From assembly GCA_001779095.1 (NCBI GenBank), contig MFJD01000004.1, forward strand, positions 173,031 through 237,030: a DNA stretch of 64,000 nt. The letters run 5' to 3'. The stretch comes from Candidatus Gottesmanbacteria bacterium RBG_16_52_11. GTDB lineage: Bacteria; Patescibacteriota; Microgenomatia; UBA10105; UBA927. Position numbers and translations under genes: made by a program. The notes under the pieces are model-generated. The model worked only from the letters and a program-made list of their open reading frames with translations. It did not search any database and was not told where the DNA came from. Positions 26,732-36,774 of this stretch are shown piece by piece. Position 1 is the first letter of the stretch. Each line of letters starts with the position of its first letter.

Positions 26732-27721
26732 ATGTATACACTGGTGACCGGGGGTGCCGGATTTATAGGGAGTCATCTAACCGAGCGGTTGCTCCGGGAC
26801 GGACACACCGTCACGGTACTGGATAACTATTCCACCGGCCGGAAAGAGAACCTGGCACAACTGGCGAATTTCAAAAATCTGAAGGTTGTTGAAACGGATA
26901 TCTCCCGCGGTATAGTACCGATTGAAAAATATTTCCGGGAAGTTGACTGGGTGTTCCACCTGGCGGCACTGGCTGACATCGTCCCGTCAATCGTCAATCC
27001 GGTGGGATATTTCCGGGCGAATGTCGACGGCACCATGCATGTGCTTGAAGCCTGCCGGAAGCATAAAGTGAAACGGATTATCTATGCCGCTTCCTCGTCC
27101 TGTTACGGAATCGCGGACATAATTCCCACTCCGGAAACCGCCCCGATCCGTCCCCAGTACCCTTATGCGCTGACTAAATACCTGGGGGAGTGTGCGGTCC
27201 TTCACTGGGGCAAGGTCTACAAACTTCCGGTGGTGTCCCTGCGGATGTTTAACGTTTACGGGCCCCGCTCCAGAACCGGCGGTACATACGGGGCGGTTTT
27301 CGGCACTTTCCTAGCCCAGAAACTGGCCGGCAAACCCTTTACCATCGTGGGTGACGGTACCCAGACCCGGGATTTTACGTATGTAACCGATGTAGTTGAC
27401 GCGTTTCTGGCTGCGGCAAAATCCGACAACCAAAATGAAATCTTCAACGTCGGCAGCGACCACACCTACAGTGTCAACCGGCTGGTAAAACTGCTGGGCG
27501 GTCCCAGAGTCCGGATTCCCAAGCGGCCGGGCGAACCGGATGTGACCTATGCCGATATCTCAAAAATCAAGCGGATGCTGGGATGGAAACCGCAAGTCAG
27601 TTTCGAAACCGGAGTAGGGGAGATTCTCAAACACATAGACTACTGGAGGAAGGCGCCGGTCTGGACGCCGGATTCAATCGAGAAAGCCACCCGGGACTGG
27701 TTCAGGTATCTGGGTAAATAA
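26732..27721 (+). CDS. NAD-dependent sugar epimerase/dehydratase (UDP-sugar 4-epimerase/UXS-like)
   Basis: LVTGGAGFIGSHLTERL, YALTK (YxxxK) and NVYGPR motifs identify the family. 329 aa. Confidence 0.8.
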   Translation: MYTLVTGGAGFIGSHLTERLLRDGHTVTVLDNYSTGRKENLAQLANFKNLKVVETDISRGIVPIEKYFREVDWVFHLAALADIVPSIVNPVGYFRANVDGTMHVLEACRKHKVKRIIYAASSSCYGIADIIPTPETAPIRPQYPYALTKYLGECAVLHWGKVYKLPVVSLRMFNVYGPRSRTGGTYGAVFGTFLAQKLAGKPFTIVGDGTQTRDFTYVTDVVDAFLAAAKSDNQNEIFNVGSDHTYSVNRLVKLLGGPRVRIPKRPGEPDVTYADISKIKRMLGWKPQVSFETGVGEILKHIDYWRKAPVWTPDSIEKATRDWFRYLGK

Positions 27722-27761
27722 CTCGCCTTTCCGGCTGTTGTGCTCATCCTGAATCCGCCCT

Positions 27762-29159
27762 ATGATGGTTCCTATGGCATTTCAAGTGCTTCGTAACAAG
27801 TCCGGATTTATACCGTGGATCTTGATATTGGCCGTCATCGCCATATCATTTTGGCAGACCATCGCTAACCAGTGGTGGTACTGGGAATCATCCAAATACC
27901 TGGCTTTCTATCTGGGACTGGCGACACCGCTTGCGAAAATATTCGATTTCCGGGGAAATGATGCCTTACCGGCAGGGCAATACCGGATTCGGGACCTGGG
28001 TAACGTACTTAACTGGCTGGATGCGCAGTTGTTAGTACTCGGTTTGAAAGCCGGAATTCCCGCGCTGGTTTCCTATACATATTACGCGGCACTTCTGGCA
28101 ATTGCAGTCATCCAGATGTATTTTTCCCGGTTAAATTTCGGACGGCCGGCCAGATGGGTGGCAGCCGCATCGACATTACTTTTCCTGACGGCACCGGCAC
28201 CGTTTCTGACCGGGTCTTACGGCCGGACGAATAAAATCATCGTAGCCCTGCTTTTCATACTGGTATTCTGGATGGCTGTCGGATTTATCCGCCGGGTGAA
28301 AAGCAGCACCCTGACCCCGGTCTGGCTTTTCCTGCTCCTTTTGGCTGCGGCGCTAACCGACGAAACCGGCTTGGTCTTTCTTTTTGCCCTGGCAGTGATC
28401 GCCGGACTGTCGTCGATGAATCAGGGTTCCAGGCGGATTTTCAGAATTGTGCTATCTGCCGGCCTGGCTATCTTTGCGGTGTTTATATACCGTTATGCCT
28501 TAAGTCCGGCAATTGTATACCGGATTACCAGCATCCGGCCGCACCTCTGGGACGTAAAAACCGCCAATATCATGCAGCCGGAACTCCTGATCGGGGGACT
28601 TAGGATGTTCCTGACATACGTCGGCATGCAGTTCGGAAACACCGGCATATGGGGAGGCCTGGCGGCATTAACCGGCGGATTAGTCCTGGTAATTGCGGCT
28701 CAGTCCGGGCACGGACCGGTGACCGGTATTGTCAGACGGCTCTTCTGGCCCCTGATATACGTATTTGTCGCAGGACTATGCATTATGAGCCTGATACTAA
28801 TGTCCGCGACCCTGCCCGGTATCCTGTCACCGATGTCAGCCCTGATGACGTATCCGATTCCCTTTAATGCACTCTTTGCCTGCGGTGCCTGCCTGATCGG
28901 ATGTGCCGCTACCGCTACGAAGCCGGCGGCGCGGAAGCTTCTGGTCCTGACCCTTCTGGTGATGTCGGGATTTAATGTTTTGTCATTACCGTCCCACACA
29001 TCCCAGGTAAATAAGCTGCCCTGGGAGCGCAAAGACGCCAGGGAAATAATAATACCGGTTCTGGCACCGGGACCGTTTAATTTAAACACCTATCCGTTTA
29101 CCCATTATGAAGCGGCAGACGCGGTGATCAGCATCCGGGCCCGGATGGGGAAAAAATAA
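27762..29159 (+). CDS. polytopic integral membrane protein, unknown family (possible GT-C)
   Basis: 465 aa with about 12 hydrophobic segments and no recognisable catalytic motif. Confidence 0.45.
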   Translation: MMVPMAFQVLRNKSGFIPWILILAVIAISFWQTIANQWWYWESSKYLAFYLGLATPLAKIFDFRGNDALPAGQYRIRDLGNVLNWLDAQLLVLGLKAGIPALVSYTYYAALLAIAVIQMYFSRLNFGRPARWVAAASTLLFLTAPAPFLTGSYGRTNKIIVALLFILVFWMAVGFIRRVKSSTLTPVWLFLLLLAAALTDETGLVFLFALAVIAGLSSMNQGSRRIFRIVLSAGLAIFAVFIYRYALSPAIVYRITSIRPHLWDVKTANIMQPELLIGGLRMFLTYVGMQFGNTGIWGGLAALTGGLVLVIAAQSGHGPVTGIVRRLFWPLIYVFVAGLCIMSLILMSATLPGILSPMSALMTYPIPFNALFACGACLIGCAATATKPAARKLLVLTLLVMSGFNVLSLPSHTSQVNKLPWERKDAREIIIPVLAPGPFNLNTYPFTHYEAADAVISIRARMGKK

Positions 29160-29209
29160 TCCGGAAGTTGCCGGAAGCGCCGCAATAATGTATCTTGTGA
29201 AGAATTAAT

Positions 29210-30181
29210 ATGCGTTCCTTCTGGGAAGGAAAAAAAGTTGCCGTTACCGGGGGTACCGGATTTATCGGCAGCCATCTCGTCGAAGAACTTGTAAAGCAGG
29301 GCGCGCGGGTGACGGTGCCCACGTCTTCCGGAAATACCGGAAATCTCGGGCGTGTCATCAATCAGGTACGGATAGTCCGGGCGGACCTGACCGATCACAA
29401 ATCAGCCCGGAGAGTCTTCAGGGGTCTGGATATCGTGTTGCATCTGGCGGCAAAAGTTGCCGGCATCCTTTATAACAGCACCCATGGTGCGGAAATGTTC
29501 CGGACCAATGCGGCGCTTAACCAGACCGTTATTGACGCTGCTGCCGCAAGCGGGATAAAGCGGATGCTGGTCACTTCCAGCGCCTGCGTCTATGCCCGGT
29601 ATACTCCGCAGCCGATGCGGGAGGAATCCGGCATGGTTGATGAGCCGGAACCGACCAACGGTGGGTACGGTTGGTCCAAGCGGTTCGCGGAAGTCACCGC
29701 CGGATTATATGCCGGGCAGTTCGGCCTGGAGGTTGCCATTGCCCGTCCGTTTAACGCATACGGACCCCGGGACAACTTTGATCCGGCCATGTCCCATGTG
29801 ATTCCGGGTCTGATCACCCGGATCTATTCGGGAGAAAATCCGCTTAAAGTATGGGGATCGGGGAAGCAGACCCGGTCTTTTATATACGTCGATGATCTGG
29901 TGCGGGGGATGATGGATATCACCGAAAAATATGCGGTAGCCGATCCCGTCAACCTGGGCAGCGGTGAGGAAGTGACAATCGCACGTCTGGCCCGGATGCT
30001 GGTGAAACTGTCAGGAAAGAAGACGAAGATTATATTTGACACTTCCAAGCCCGACGGACAACCCCGGCGGCTATGCGACGTTATGTATGCGCGGAATAAG
30101 TTCGGTTTCGTAACGCGGGTAACACTCGAAGCCGGACTGGGTAAAATGCTTTTATGGTACGAACGTCACTTATCATCCTGA
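29210..30181 (+). CDS. NAD-dependent sugar epimerase/dehydratase/reductase
   Basis: VAVTGGTGFIGSHLVEEL, YGWSK (YxxxK) and NAYGPRD motifs identify the family. 323 aa. Confidence 0.8.
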   Translation: MRSFWEGKKVAVTGGTGFIGSHLVEELVKQGARVTVPTSSGNTGNLGRVINQVRIVRADLTDHKSARRVFRGLDIVLHLAAKVAGILYNSTHGAEMFRTNAALNQTVIDAAAASGIKRMLVTSSACVYARYTPQPMREESGMVDEPEPTNGGYGWSKRFAEVTAGLYAGQFGLEVAIARPFNAYGPRDNFDPAMSHVIPGLITRIYSGENPLKVWGSGKQTRSFIYVDDLVRGMMDITEKYAVADPVNLGSGEEVTIARLARMLVKLSGKKTKIIFDTSKPDGQPRRLCDVMYARNKFGFVTRVTLEAGLGKMLLWYERHLSS

Positions 30182-30843
30182 CCCGCAACGAAGTCAGCGG
30201 AATGAAGGCCATGCTGTCGCGGATTCCCTTTACCACCGTTGACGAGTACTTCCTGGTTGATTACCGCTCGACCGACGGGACGGTGGAGCTGGCCCGAAAA
30301 CATAAAATACCCGTCGTCGCCCAAAGGCATCCCGGCCGGGCGGAAGCATTCCGGATTGCGGCCGATAATGCCCGGGGGAATTATCTGATATTCTTCAGTC
30401 CTGACGGTAATGAAGATCCTTCAGACATTCCCAAGATAATCAGATTACTCAAGAAGGGGAATGACCTGGTGATTGCCAGCCGTTTCCTGCCGGGCAGCCG
30501 CAATGAGGAGGACGGGCAGACATTCAAATGGCGGGCTTGGGCAAATATGGGTTTTACCTTGCTGGCCAACCTTCTTTTCAACCGGGGCAGACCGTATGTT
30601 ACCGACTCGATCAACGGATACCGCGGTATCACAAAATCCGCGTTCGGAAAACTCGGGCTGGATGCCCAGGGTTTTGCCGTCGAATTCCAGATGACGATAC
30701 GGGCGATGAAGGCGGAACTGGCAATTACCGAATTCCCCACACTCGAAGGCCCGAGGATCGGGGGCCAAAGCACGTCTTACGCAGTACCCACGGGGCTGAA
30801 GTTTGTATATTATTTTCTCCGGGAAATATTTATCGGAGTCTGA
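30154..30843 (+). CDS. GT2 family glycosyltransferase (polyprenyl-phosphate sugar synthase-like)
   Basis: Begins MVRTSLIILTRNEVSG. Carries DYRSTDGT (the first acidic motif) and FFSPDGNEDPSDI (DxD-like). It overlaps the upstream epimerase by 28 nt. Confidence 0.7.
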   Translation: MVRTSLIILTRNEVSGMKAMLSRIPFTTVDEYFLVDYRSTDGTVELARKHKIPVVAQRHPGRAEAFRIAADNARGNYLIFFSPDGNEDPSDIPKIIRLLKKGNDLVIASRFLPGSRNEEDGQTFKWRAWANMGFTLLANLLFNRGRPYVTDSINGYRGITKSAFGKLGLDAQGFAVEFQMTIRAMKAELAITEFPTLEGPRIGGQSTSYAVPTGLKFVYYFLREIFIGV

Positions 30844-30850
30844 TTGTCCG

Positions 30851-32368
30851 TCAGGAACCGGCGTTAATATTTTCCCCGGTACGCAGGAGTTTCAAACCTG
30901 CCGGATTAGCGTATAGCCAGAAGTTGTCGTTTTTTCCCCAGAAGTACACCGCCGGTGAATGGTGGATCAGGGTAAATCCTTCGGGATCGTTTTCCGGAAG
31001 CGGAAAATCCAACAGAAGAAGGAAAGGGCGGGATTTGGGAAATGCATTTTTTGCCAGACTTACAGCTACATCGGGCGGAAGTGCATCATTTATCCGTTTA
31101 TGTCGTGCATCGATAACGTTGAACGAACCGGCCCGTTGATACTCCGGATACCAGAATTGCCTGTCATTAAAATAGACCAGCACATCTATGGTCATATAAG
31201 CGTGATATGCGGCAATATCCCAGTTTTCAATTCTGTTCCGTTTAATAAAAGCAGCCATGTCTTTTCCGCCGGAAAACGGATAACGGTAATCATTCACATA
31301 CGAAAATCCCGTGTAAATCCAGGAGATACCCAGGAGGCAACTGAAAACAAAAAGGAATATATTCCAGGATATTCTACGGATCAAATCGCGGTGCTGATGT
31401 TTGCCGGTCATCCAAAGGAAAAATATTATGGATATTAACGTGAGACCATGATGCCGGTTGTATCCGGAATACACATAAACATTGATGTAATAAAAGTAAC
31501 CCCAGGTAACCAGCGCCATCAATGTCAGAGGAATATTGTGTATGAGAATTGGGATAAGAGTGGCCAAACAAATGACAGTTCCAATCCTGATTATTTGGGA
31601 AAAGTAAGGCAACTGAATAATGTCCGGTTTGTCAATCGGGAGTGAAGGGACGATGGATTGACGGAGTACTTTCGTAAACTGGGAAGATATGTCCTGTGGT
31701 TTTGCCCAATTCACCAGCTCGGGATTCGGGGTCAGAAGCGCGGCAGTGAATACACCCTGCGCAACCATCAGCGTCAGCACTGTAAAACGGGCGACATTGA
31801 ATTTCCCATACCGGTACATCTCAAATCCGTAAAGGACCGTCAGAAATCCCGCCGGAACCAAAGAGAAAATATTTGCCTGATACAGGAGTACGATCAGCAT
31901 TCCGTATAAAACGGGTTTATCGAACCGTCTGGGGTAGATGGCGGCGACTGATAACAGAAGTGCCCAGGTCAGGACATAATTGCGCTGAACGACAGCGTAC
32001 TCATATGCCAGGAGATACGAAAAAATAAGCAGGATCTTCACTGGCAGGGGAATATTCTTATTGACAAACAGCAGGAGCCAGATAGCGAATATCGCGATGC
32101 CCGCATGGATAATGCCCATGGTTTCAAACGGCAGACCGGCTTTGGCAAACGGAGACAGGATAACAAACCAGGTAATCGGCACGCCTTCATTGGGAACATT
32201 GGCGACCATTTCCGGAATCGATGCTTCCCTGGCCCACCTCCAGGGATGGGCTTCATCCCGCCAGGGCTCATGATGGGATATGCCGAAAAGTACCAATAAG
32301 GAATAAATGGCAAAAATGATAAAGAGTACAGCATTATTCTTCGGTATATATGGCCGCTTCATGTCCAT
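30851..32368 (-). CDS. 'HEPWRDEAHPW'-family polytopic membrane protein, paralog 1 (putative GT-C glycosyltransferase)
   Basis: 505 aa. The first loop is GISHHEPWRDEAHPWRWAREAS, which has a DE catalytic-loop-like motif as in GT-C enzymes. About 11 TM segments and a C-terminal soluble domain of about 150 aa (YPFSGGKDMAAFIKRN..FWYPEY). Paralogous to the 33513 and 35191 genes. Confidence 0.5.
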   Translation of the reverse strand: MDMKRPYIPKNNAVLFIIFAIYSLLVLFGISHHEPWRDEAHPWRWAREASIPEMVANVPNEGVPITWFVILSPFAKAGLPFETMGIIHAGIAIFAIWLLLFVNKNIPLPVKILLIFSYLLAYEYAVVQRNYVLTWALLLSVAAIYPRRFDKPVLYGMLIVLLYQANIFSLVPAGFLTVLYGFEMYRYGKFNVARFTVLTLMVAQGVFTAALLTPNPELVNWAKPQDISSQFTKVLRQSIVPSLPIDKPDIIQLPYFSQIIRIGTVICLATLIPILIHNIPLTLMALVTWGYFYYINVYVYSGYNRHHGLTLISIIFFLWMTGKHQHRDLIRRISWNIFLFVFSCLLGISWIYTGFSYVNDYRYPFSGGKDMAAFIKRNRIENWDIAAYHAYMTIDVLVYFNDRQFWYPEYQRAGSFNVIDARHKRINDALPPDVAVSLAKNAFPKSRPFLLLLDFPLPENDPEGFTLIHHSPAVYFWGKNDNFWLYANPAGLKLLRTGENINAGS

Positions 32369-32937
32369 GATTTGTGGTAAAGCCGGTTCAGAATAATTAC
32401 AGCATAACCGTTGAAATAGAGGGGGAGTGAGTTTTTTTTTATCATATAAGATTTATCCGATCCGGCAATAATTCCCGAAACGAGCATCCGGTTGATTCTT
32501 TTTCGGATAATCGTATCGGTATTATATGTTTTTAAAATCTGGGCAGCAGTTATTCCCTTGTATCCAGCATTGGCAATGACAGCCAATAGTCTGATTCGGA
32601 TGGCAGATTCAAGAAGTGCTCCGAAGACGACCAGCACATAGACTCCGATAATTAACGTGTAAAGAATCAGAGCACCGATAAGTATTATCAGCTGAGCAAA
32701 TAACGGATAATAGGCCGCAATCGTTATATATCGGAAGAAAGGGAAGTAGATCAGAATCGAAATAACTGACGAGGCGACATACAACATAATAGGCCATATG
32801 TATATTTTTTCCGGCGGCAAAAACCTGACTATTACCAGGTGAATAACATAGAAAATCGAGGAAAACGCCAAGGCGTTTAATACTATCAGCATATCTAGAG
32901 ATAAGTACATATCGGGTATCATCCGCTTGACCTCCAA
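32359..32937 (-). CDS. small membrane protein with C-terminal winged-helix-like domain (type B, 192 aa)
   Basis: Four or five N-terminal TM helices, then GITAAQILKTYNTDTIIRKRINRMLVSGIIAGSDKSYMIKKN (helix-turn-helix plus wing pattern). AT-rich. Paired with the 32919-33443 gene, and homologous in architecture to the 40152-40742 gene. Confidence 0.5.
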   Translation of the reverse strand: MEVKRMIPDMYLSLDMLIVLNALAFSSIFYVIHLVIVRFLPPEKIYIWPIMLYVASSVISILIYFPFFRYITIAAYYPLFAQLIILIGALILYTLIIGVYVLVVFGALLESAIRIRLLAVIANAGYKGITAAQILKTYNTDTIIRKRINRMLVSGIIAGSDKSYMIKKNSLPLYFNGYAVIILNRLYHKSWT

Positions 32938-33443
32938 CCGATGATTCTGCGATAGATTTCAATTAGGATATACAGGAATTTGCCTTTGGTCGAAACAAAA
33001 TAAGCATCTGATTTCCGGCCAACAAAACCCATGTGTATCAGGTCGTTGATCCGGTTAGTCACGAGTTCGGTATCTGAGAACAATTTTTTCAGTTCCTTTT
33101 CAGTAGCCCGTCCGCGCTTTACCAGGTAAAGATATATTTTTGCCGACGGGCTGTAATCGCCGTATACGGCGCTGCCGGAATAAAGGATATAAATGACAGA
33201 TATCACAACGTATATGACAGTAGCCGTCAGCGGTAACGGATACATCAGCAACGCCGCCCAACCTGAGTGACCCAAACGGGGTAAAGTATTAAGTACCATC
33301 CAGTTCAGTAGACCACCTGATATAAAAAACAGAAAAATACTCCGAGGCAGATAAATCCGGCCGGAAGCTGCTGCGTTGTGGATTAGGATATGTGCCCCGG
33401 CCACCAGGAGAAATATGGTGATACTTACAAAAATATCCAGCAT
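32919..33443 (-). CDS. small membrane protein with C-terminal winged-helix (MarR/ArsR-like) domain (type A, 174 aa)
   Basis: Three N-terminal TM helices, then SAKIYLYLVKRGRATEKELKKLFSDTELVTNRINDLIHMGFVGRKSDAYFVSTKGKFLY, a typical wHTH. Counterpart of the 39652-40155 gene. Confidence 0.55.
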   Translation of the reverse strand: MLDIFVSITIFLLVAGAHILIHNAAASGRIYLPRSIFLFFISGGLLNWMVLNTLPRLGHSGWAALLMYPLPLTATVIYVVISVIYILYSGSAVYGDYSPSAKIYLYLVKRGRATEKELKKLFSDTELVTNRINDLIHMGFVGRKSDAYFVSTKGKFLYILIEIYRRIIGWRSSG

Positions 33444-33512
33444 ATTCTGAAAATATTCGTTACTCTAACAGTGTATATGAACCACTATCCAATATGTTCC
33501 GAGGCAGTCAGT

Positions 33513-34982
33513 TCATAAGGCAATACCGCGGCCGTATAACCATAAATTTTCCGTTTCGTTCGACCAGAAGTATGTAGCACCCGATGTATGAAGCAGCGAA
33601 TATCCTGCGGATTCCTCATCCGGGAGGGGAAATGACAGAAGCAGTAATACCGGTTTTCCTGGCGGAAAAGCGCGGTCTATCCGTCGGAAGGCATCATACG
33701 TCGAGAGACTGAAAAATAGTGCGTGATACCGATTATCACTGGTATTATAGTATCCCTTCGCACCGAATTCGGGGTACCAAAACTGTTTGTTATTCAGGTA
33801 CGGCAGAACGGCCAGCCCGTGGGATGCAATATAAGCCACAGTATCATATTTATCCAGGTTATTCTGTTTCAGGTAGGTAGCCATATCCCGGGCACCGGAA
33901 GAAGCATAAGTATAGTCAGCACTGTATATATACTTCGTATACCCGAGGGAAACAGTAAATAATACTGCCAGACTGACGAGTAAAACACTACGAACAGCTT
34001 GTCTCACCGGGGTCAACGGCTTCTGGTCGATTCCGCCTAACCAGAAAAAAACAACAAGATATATCAGCAGCAGTCCGTGGTGCCGGATTGATCCTTTATG
34101 GACGTACAGATTAACATACAACCACCAGGAGACGGTAGAAACGCACAGGATAAAAATATGCGTATTCCTCCAGAGAAAAAGCAGAATACCAGGGATCAGT
34201 AGTGCAGTCAGAATAGTAATAATAGTATTAATTTCCGGGGATAGGAAAGGTGCTGCAGGGTGCTGGGGAAATGAAGGAACAATTGCGTTACGGATGATAA
34301 CCGGCAGCTCAAGTAATGGATTGTCGGGAGGGTAATTAATAATCCGAGCAGCACCGTTTCGGAGAGTCAGAAACGTAAAAGCGGCGCTGACCGATAAAAC
34401 CGCAACAGATAGGATAGTCCCTGGTGCCAGTAATTTTTTCCGTAAGATGTCAAAAACAAATAACATCATGAACACCCCTGCAGGAAGTATACTGAATGAG
34501 TTCGTCTGAAACAGCAAAGAGATAAGCAAACTGTAAAGGATGGGTTTAGTAAGCCTCTTATCATACAGGGCTGCGATGGCAAATGTGAGTAAAACAGTCA
34601 GTACATAATTTCTTGATATAACCGAGTATTCATATGCCATATAGTAGGTAAACGGGAATAGGATTTTCAGAAGCATCGGTAATTTCGCGAATCGGAGTAA
34701 TATGTAGACTGCGGTTATGGCAAGTCCCGCATGGATAAATGACATTGTCAGGTAAGGAAAGCCGGCAGGCGCGAAAGGCTTGAGGATCAAAAACCAAAGT
34801 ATCGGCGTGCCTTCATTCCGGATATCTTCTGAAACAATAATACCAAGCGGAGTCTCCCGGGCTTTCATCCAAGGATGTGCCTCGTCCCTCCAGGGTTCAT
34901 GGTACAGAACTCCGAAGATGATGAGGCTGGCGTATATAAACCAAATTGCCACGTACGGCAGAGTCTTCCGCGGAAATGACAT
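33513..34982 (-). CDS. 'HEPWRDEAHPW'-family polytopic membrane protein, paralog 2
   Basis: 489 aa with GVLYHEPWRDEAHPWMKARETP. Same architecture as the 30851 and 35191 genes. Confidence 0.5.
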   Translation of the reverse strand: MSFPRKTLPYVAIWFIYASLIIFGVLYHEPWRDEAHPWMKARETPLGIIVSEDIRNEGTPILWFLILKPFAPAGFPYLTMSFIHAGLAITAVYILLRFAKLPMLLKILFPFTYYMAYEYSVISRNYVLTVLLTFAIAALYDKRLTKPILYSLLISLLFQTNSFSILPAGVFMMLFVFDILRKKLLAPGTILSVAVLSVSAAFTFLTLRNGAARIINYPPDNPLLELPVIIRNAIVPSFPQHPAAPFLSPEINTIITILTALLIPGILLFLWRNTHIFILCVSTVSWWLYVNLYVHKGSIRHHGLLLIYLVVFFWLGGIDQKPLTPVRQAVRSVLLVSLAVLFTVSLGYTKYIYSADYTYASSGARDMATYLKQNNLDKYDTVAYIASHGLAVLPYLNNKQFWYPEFGAKGYYNTSDNRYHALFFSLSTYDAFRRIDRAFPPGKPVLLLLSFPLPDEESAGYSLLHTSGATYFWSNETENLWLYGRGIAL

Positions 34983-35190
34983 ACCTGTGCCAGTATATAG
35001 AGAATCGAATCAGCGGGAAAGTGACTGTCTCCATTCACAAATGCTACTATCCGCTGACAGTGCATGACCGATAGTGTCAACGGCTTCAACTAATTCTGCT
35101 CCATTCCCACGGGTATTGAGTTTATCTACTGTCTGATCGGGGAGGTTTTGTCAGAACCTGAAAGGGCACGTAACACGTCGGAAGACTCCG

Positions 35191-36678
35191 TCAATTCACA
35201 TCCCCATAGGAATACAAAAAGAATTCCTCGGGCCAACTGGACCATATATAAGAGCCGCGGGATTCATACAGCAGCTCGTACCCATCGTAACCTCCCGGGA
35301 AAGTGTATTCGATCGGTGAGGACAGAAGGAGCAAATGGGGCTTCGTACCGAAAGTTGCTTTTATCCTAACCAATGCATCGGCGGGTTTGAGCACATCCGC
35401 CGGTTTATGATACCGGACGTCGAATAAATTATAATATCCGGTTTTCCCGTATTCCGGATACCAGAACTGTTTATCCTTAAAATACGGTAATACGGCAATT
35501 CCGTGGGAACTGCGGTATGCAACTATATCCATATGCAGGAGATTACGAGTCACAATGAATTCCGCCGTATTTTTTGATCCTGAAAAATTGGAAGTATAGT
35601 CCTGGCTATAGAGATAAGCGGTATACGCCCATGAAATAACAAGGAGTATCGAGAGAGAAGTGAAGAAAATGGCTTTCACACCCGATTCAAATTTTGATTT
35701 CCCTGCCTGTACTGTTTCCGAAAACCACCATAAGAAAATAATATAGACCTGAAACAGACCATGGTGTCTGGTATTTCCCGTATGGATAAATGCATTAATA
35801 AGGAGAAGCCATCCAAGACTTGCTGCTGTGATGAGGAGAGCTGACCCGTTCCGTAATACTTTCACAAAAAGAGCAATGAAAAGTATTGCCGTAATAATTG
35901 ATATGGCACCGTCCATTGATTGCACATCAAGGTTCAGGGGACGGTAATGGTCAAACGAGGGGATGAACGCGTTTCGGAGTATAACTGGTATTTGTTCCAG
36001 AGGATATTTGGGTATATCCGGATTTATTGAATATGCCGGGTCGGGTATTAGCATGAAGAATGTAATCAAGGCACTGGCGAACATTATGGATAAAGCTGCC
36101 AGGCGTTGCGGTGATAGTAAACGGCTTCTCATTAATTGAAAGCCGTTAAGTACCATTAATACACCTGCGGGTACGATACTGTAGAGATTCGTCTGGAACA
36201 GGAGGGCAACCAGTGTTGCATAGCGCAGGGGTCTATCGAACCGTAGGGCATGCAAAGAAGCAATGGCGAACAGAAGCACAACTGTAAGTACGTAATTCCT
36301 GGCAATAATTGAGTACTCATACGCGAAAAAATAGGAAAAAAGCATCAATACCTTGACCACCGAGGGAAATTTACCGTACTTCAGGAGCAAAAAAGCAAAC
36401 GTAATCGCGATGACACCATGGAGAAAATTCATCGTCTGATACGGAAATCCGAATTTGGCAAACGGCACCAGCATCATAAACCAGAGAACCGGAGTGCCTT
36501 CGTATTTGGCGTTATCGATGATAGTTGGAATGGAATCCTGACGTGCCATCATCCAGGCATGTGCCTCGTCCCTCCAGGGTTCATGATGAAATACTCCGAA
36601 GAGTATCAGCGCAATGTAAAGCAGAAAAACAATAGTTAATAACGTTTGTTTGCGGATCAGAACCGGTATAAGCCTCAT
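35191..36678 (-). CDS. 'HEPWRDEAHPW'-family polytopic membrane protein, paralog 3
   Basis: 495 aa with GVFHHEPWRDEAHAWMMARQDS and a C-terminal FWYPEYGKTGYYN block shared with paralogs 1 and 2. Confidence 0.5.
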   Translation of the reverse strand: MRLIPVLIRKQTLLTIVFLLYIALILFGVFHHEPWRDEAHAWMMARQDSIPTIIDNAKYEGTPVLWFMMLVPFAKFGFPYQTMNFLHGVIAITFAFLLLKYGKFPSVVKVLMLFSYFFAYEYSIIARNYVLTVVLLFAIASLHALRFDRPLRYATLVALLFQTNLYSIVPAGVLMVLNGFQLMRSRLLSPQRLAALSIMFASALITFFMLIPDPAYSINPDIPKYPLEQIPVILRNAFIPSFDHYRPLNLDVQSMDGAISIITAILFIALFVKVLRNGSALLITAASLGWLLLINAFIHTGNTRHHGLFQVYIIFLWWFSETVQAGKSKFESGVKAIFFTSLSILLVISWAYTAYLYSQDYTSNFSGSKNTAEFIVTRNLLHMDIVAYRSSHGIAVLPYFKDKQFWYPEYGKTGYYNLFDVRYHKPADVLKPADALVRIKATFGTKPHLLLLSSPIEYTFPGGYDGYELLYESRGSYIWSSWPEEFFLYSYGDVN

Positions 36679-36774
36679 GGTACTTCCGGTATGGAAACTT
36701 CGATTTCCCTTAAAGTCATGATTATACTAACATATAGGATTATGACAGAGAGGAATTGAATTCCATATATACTT

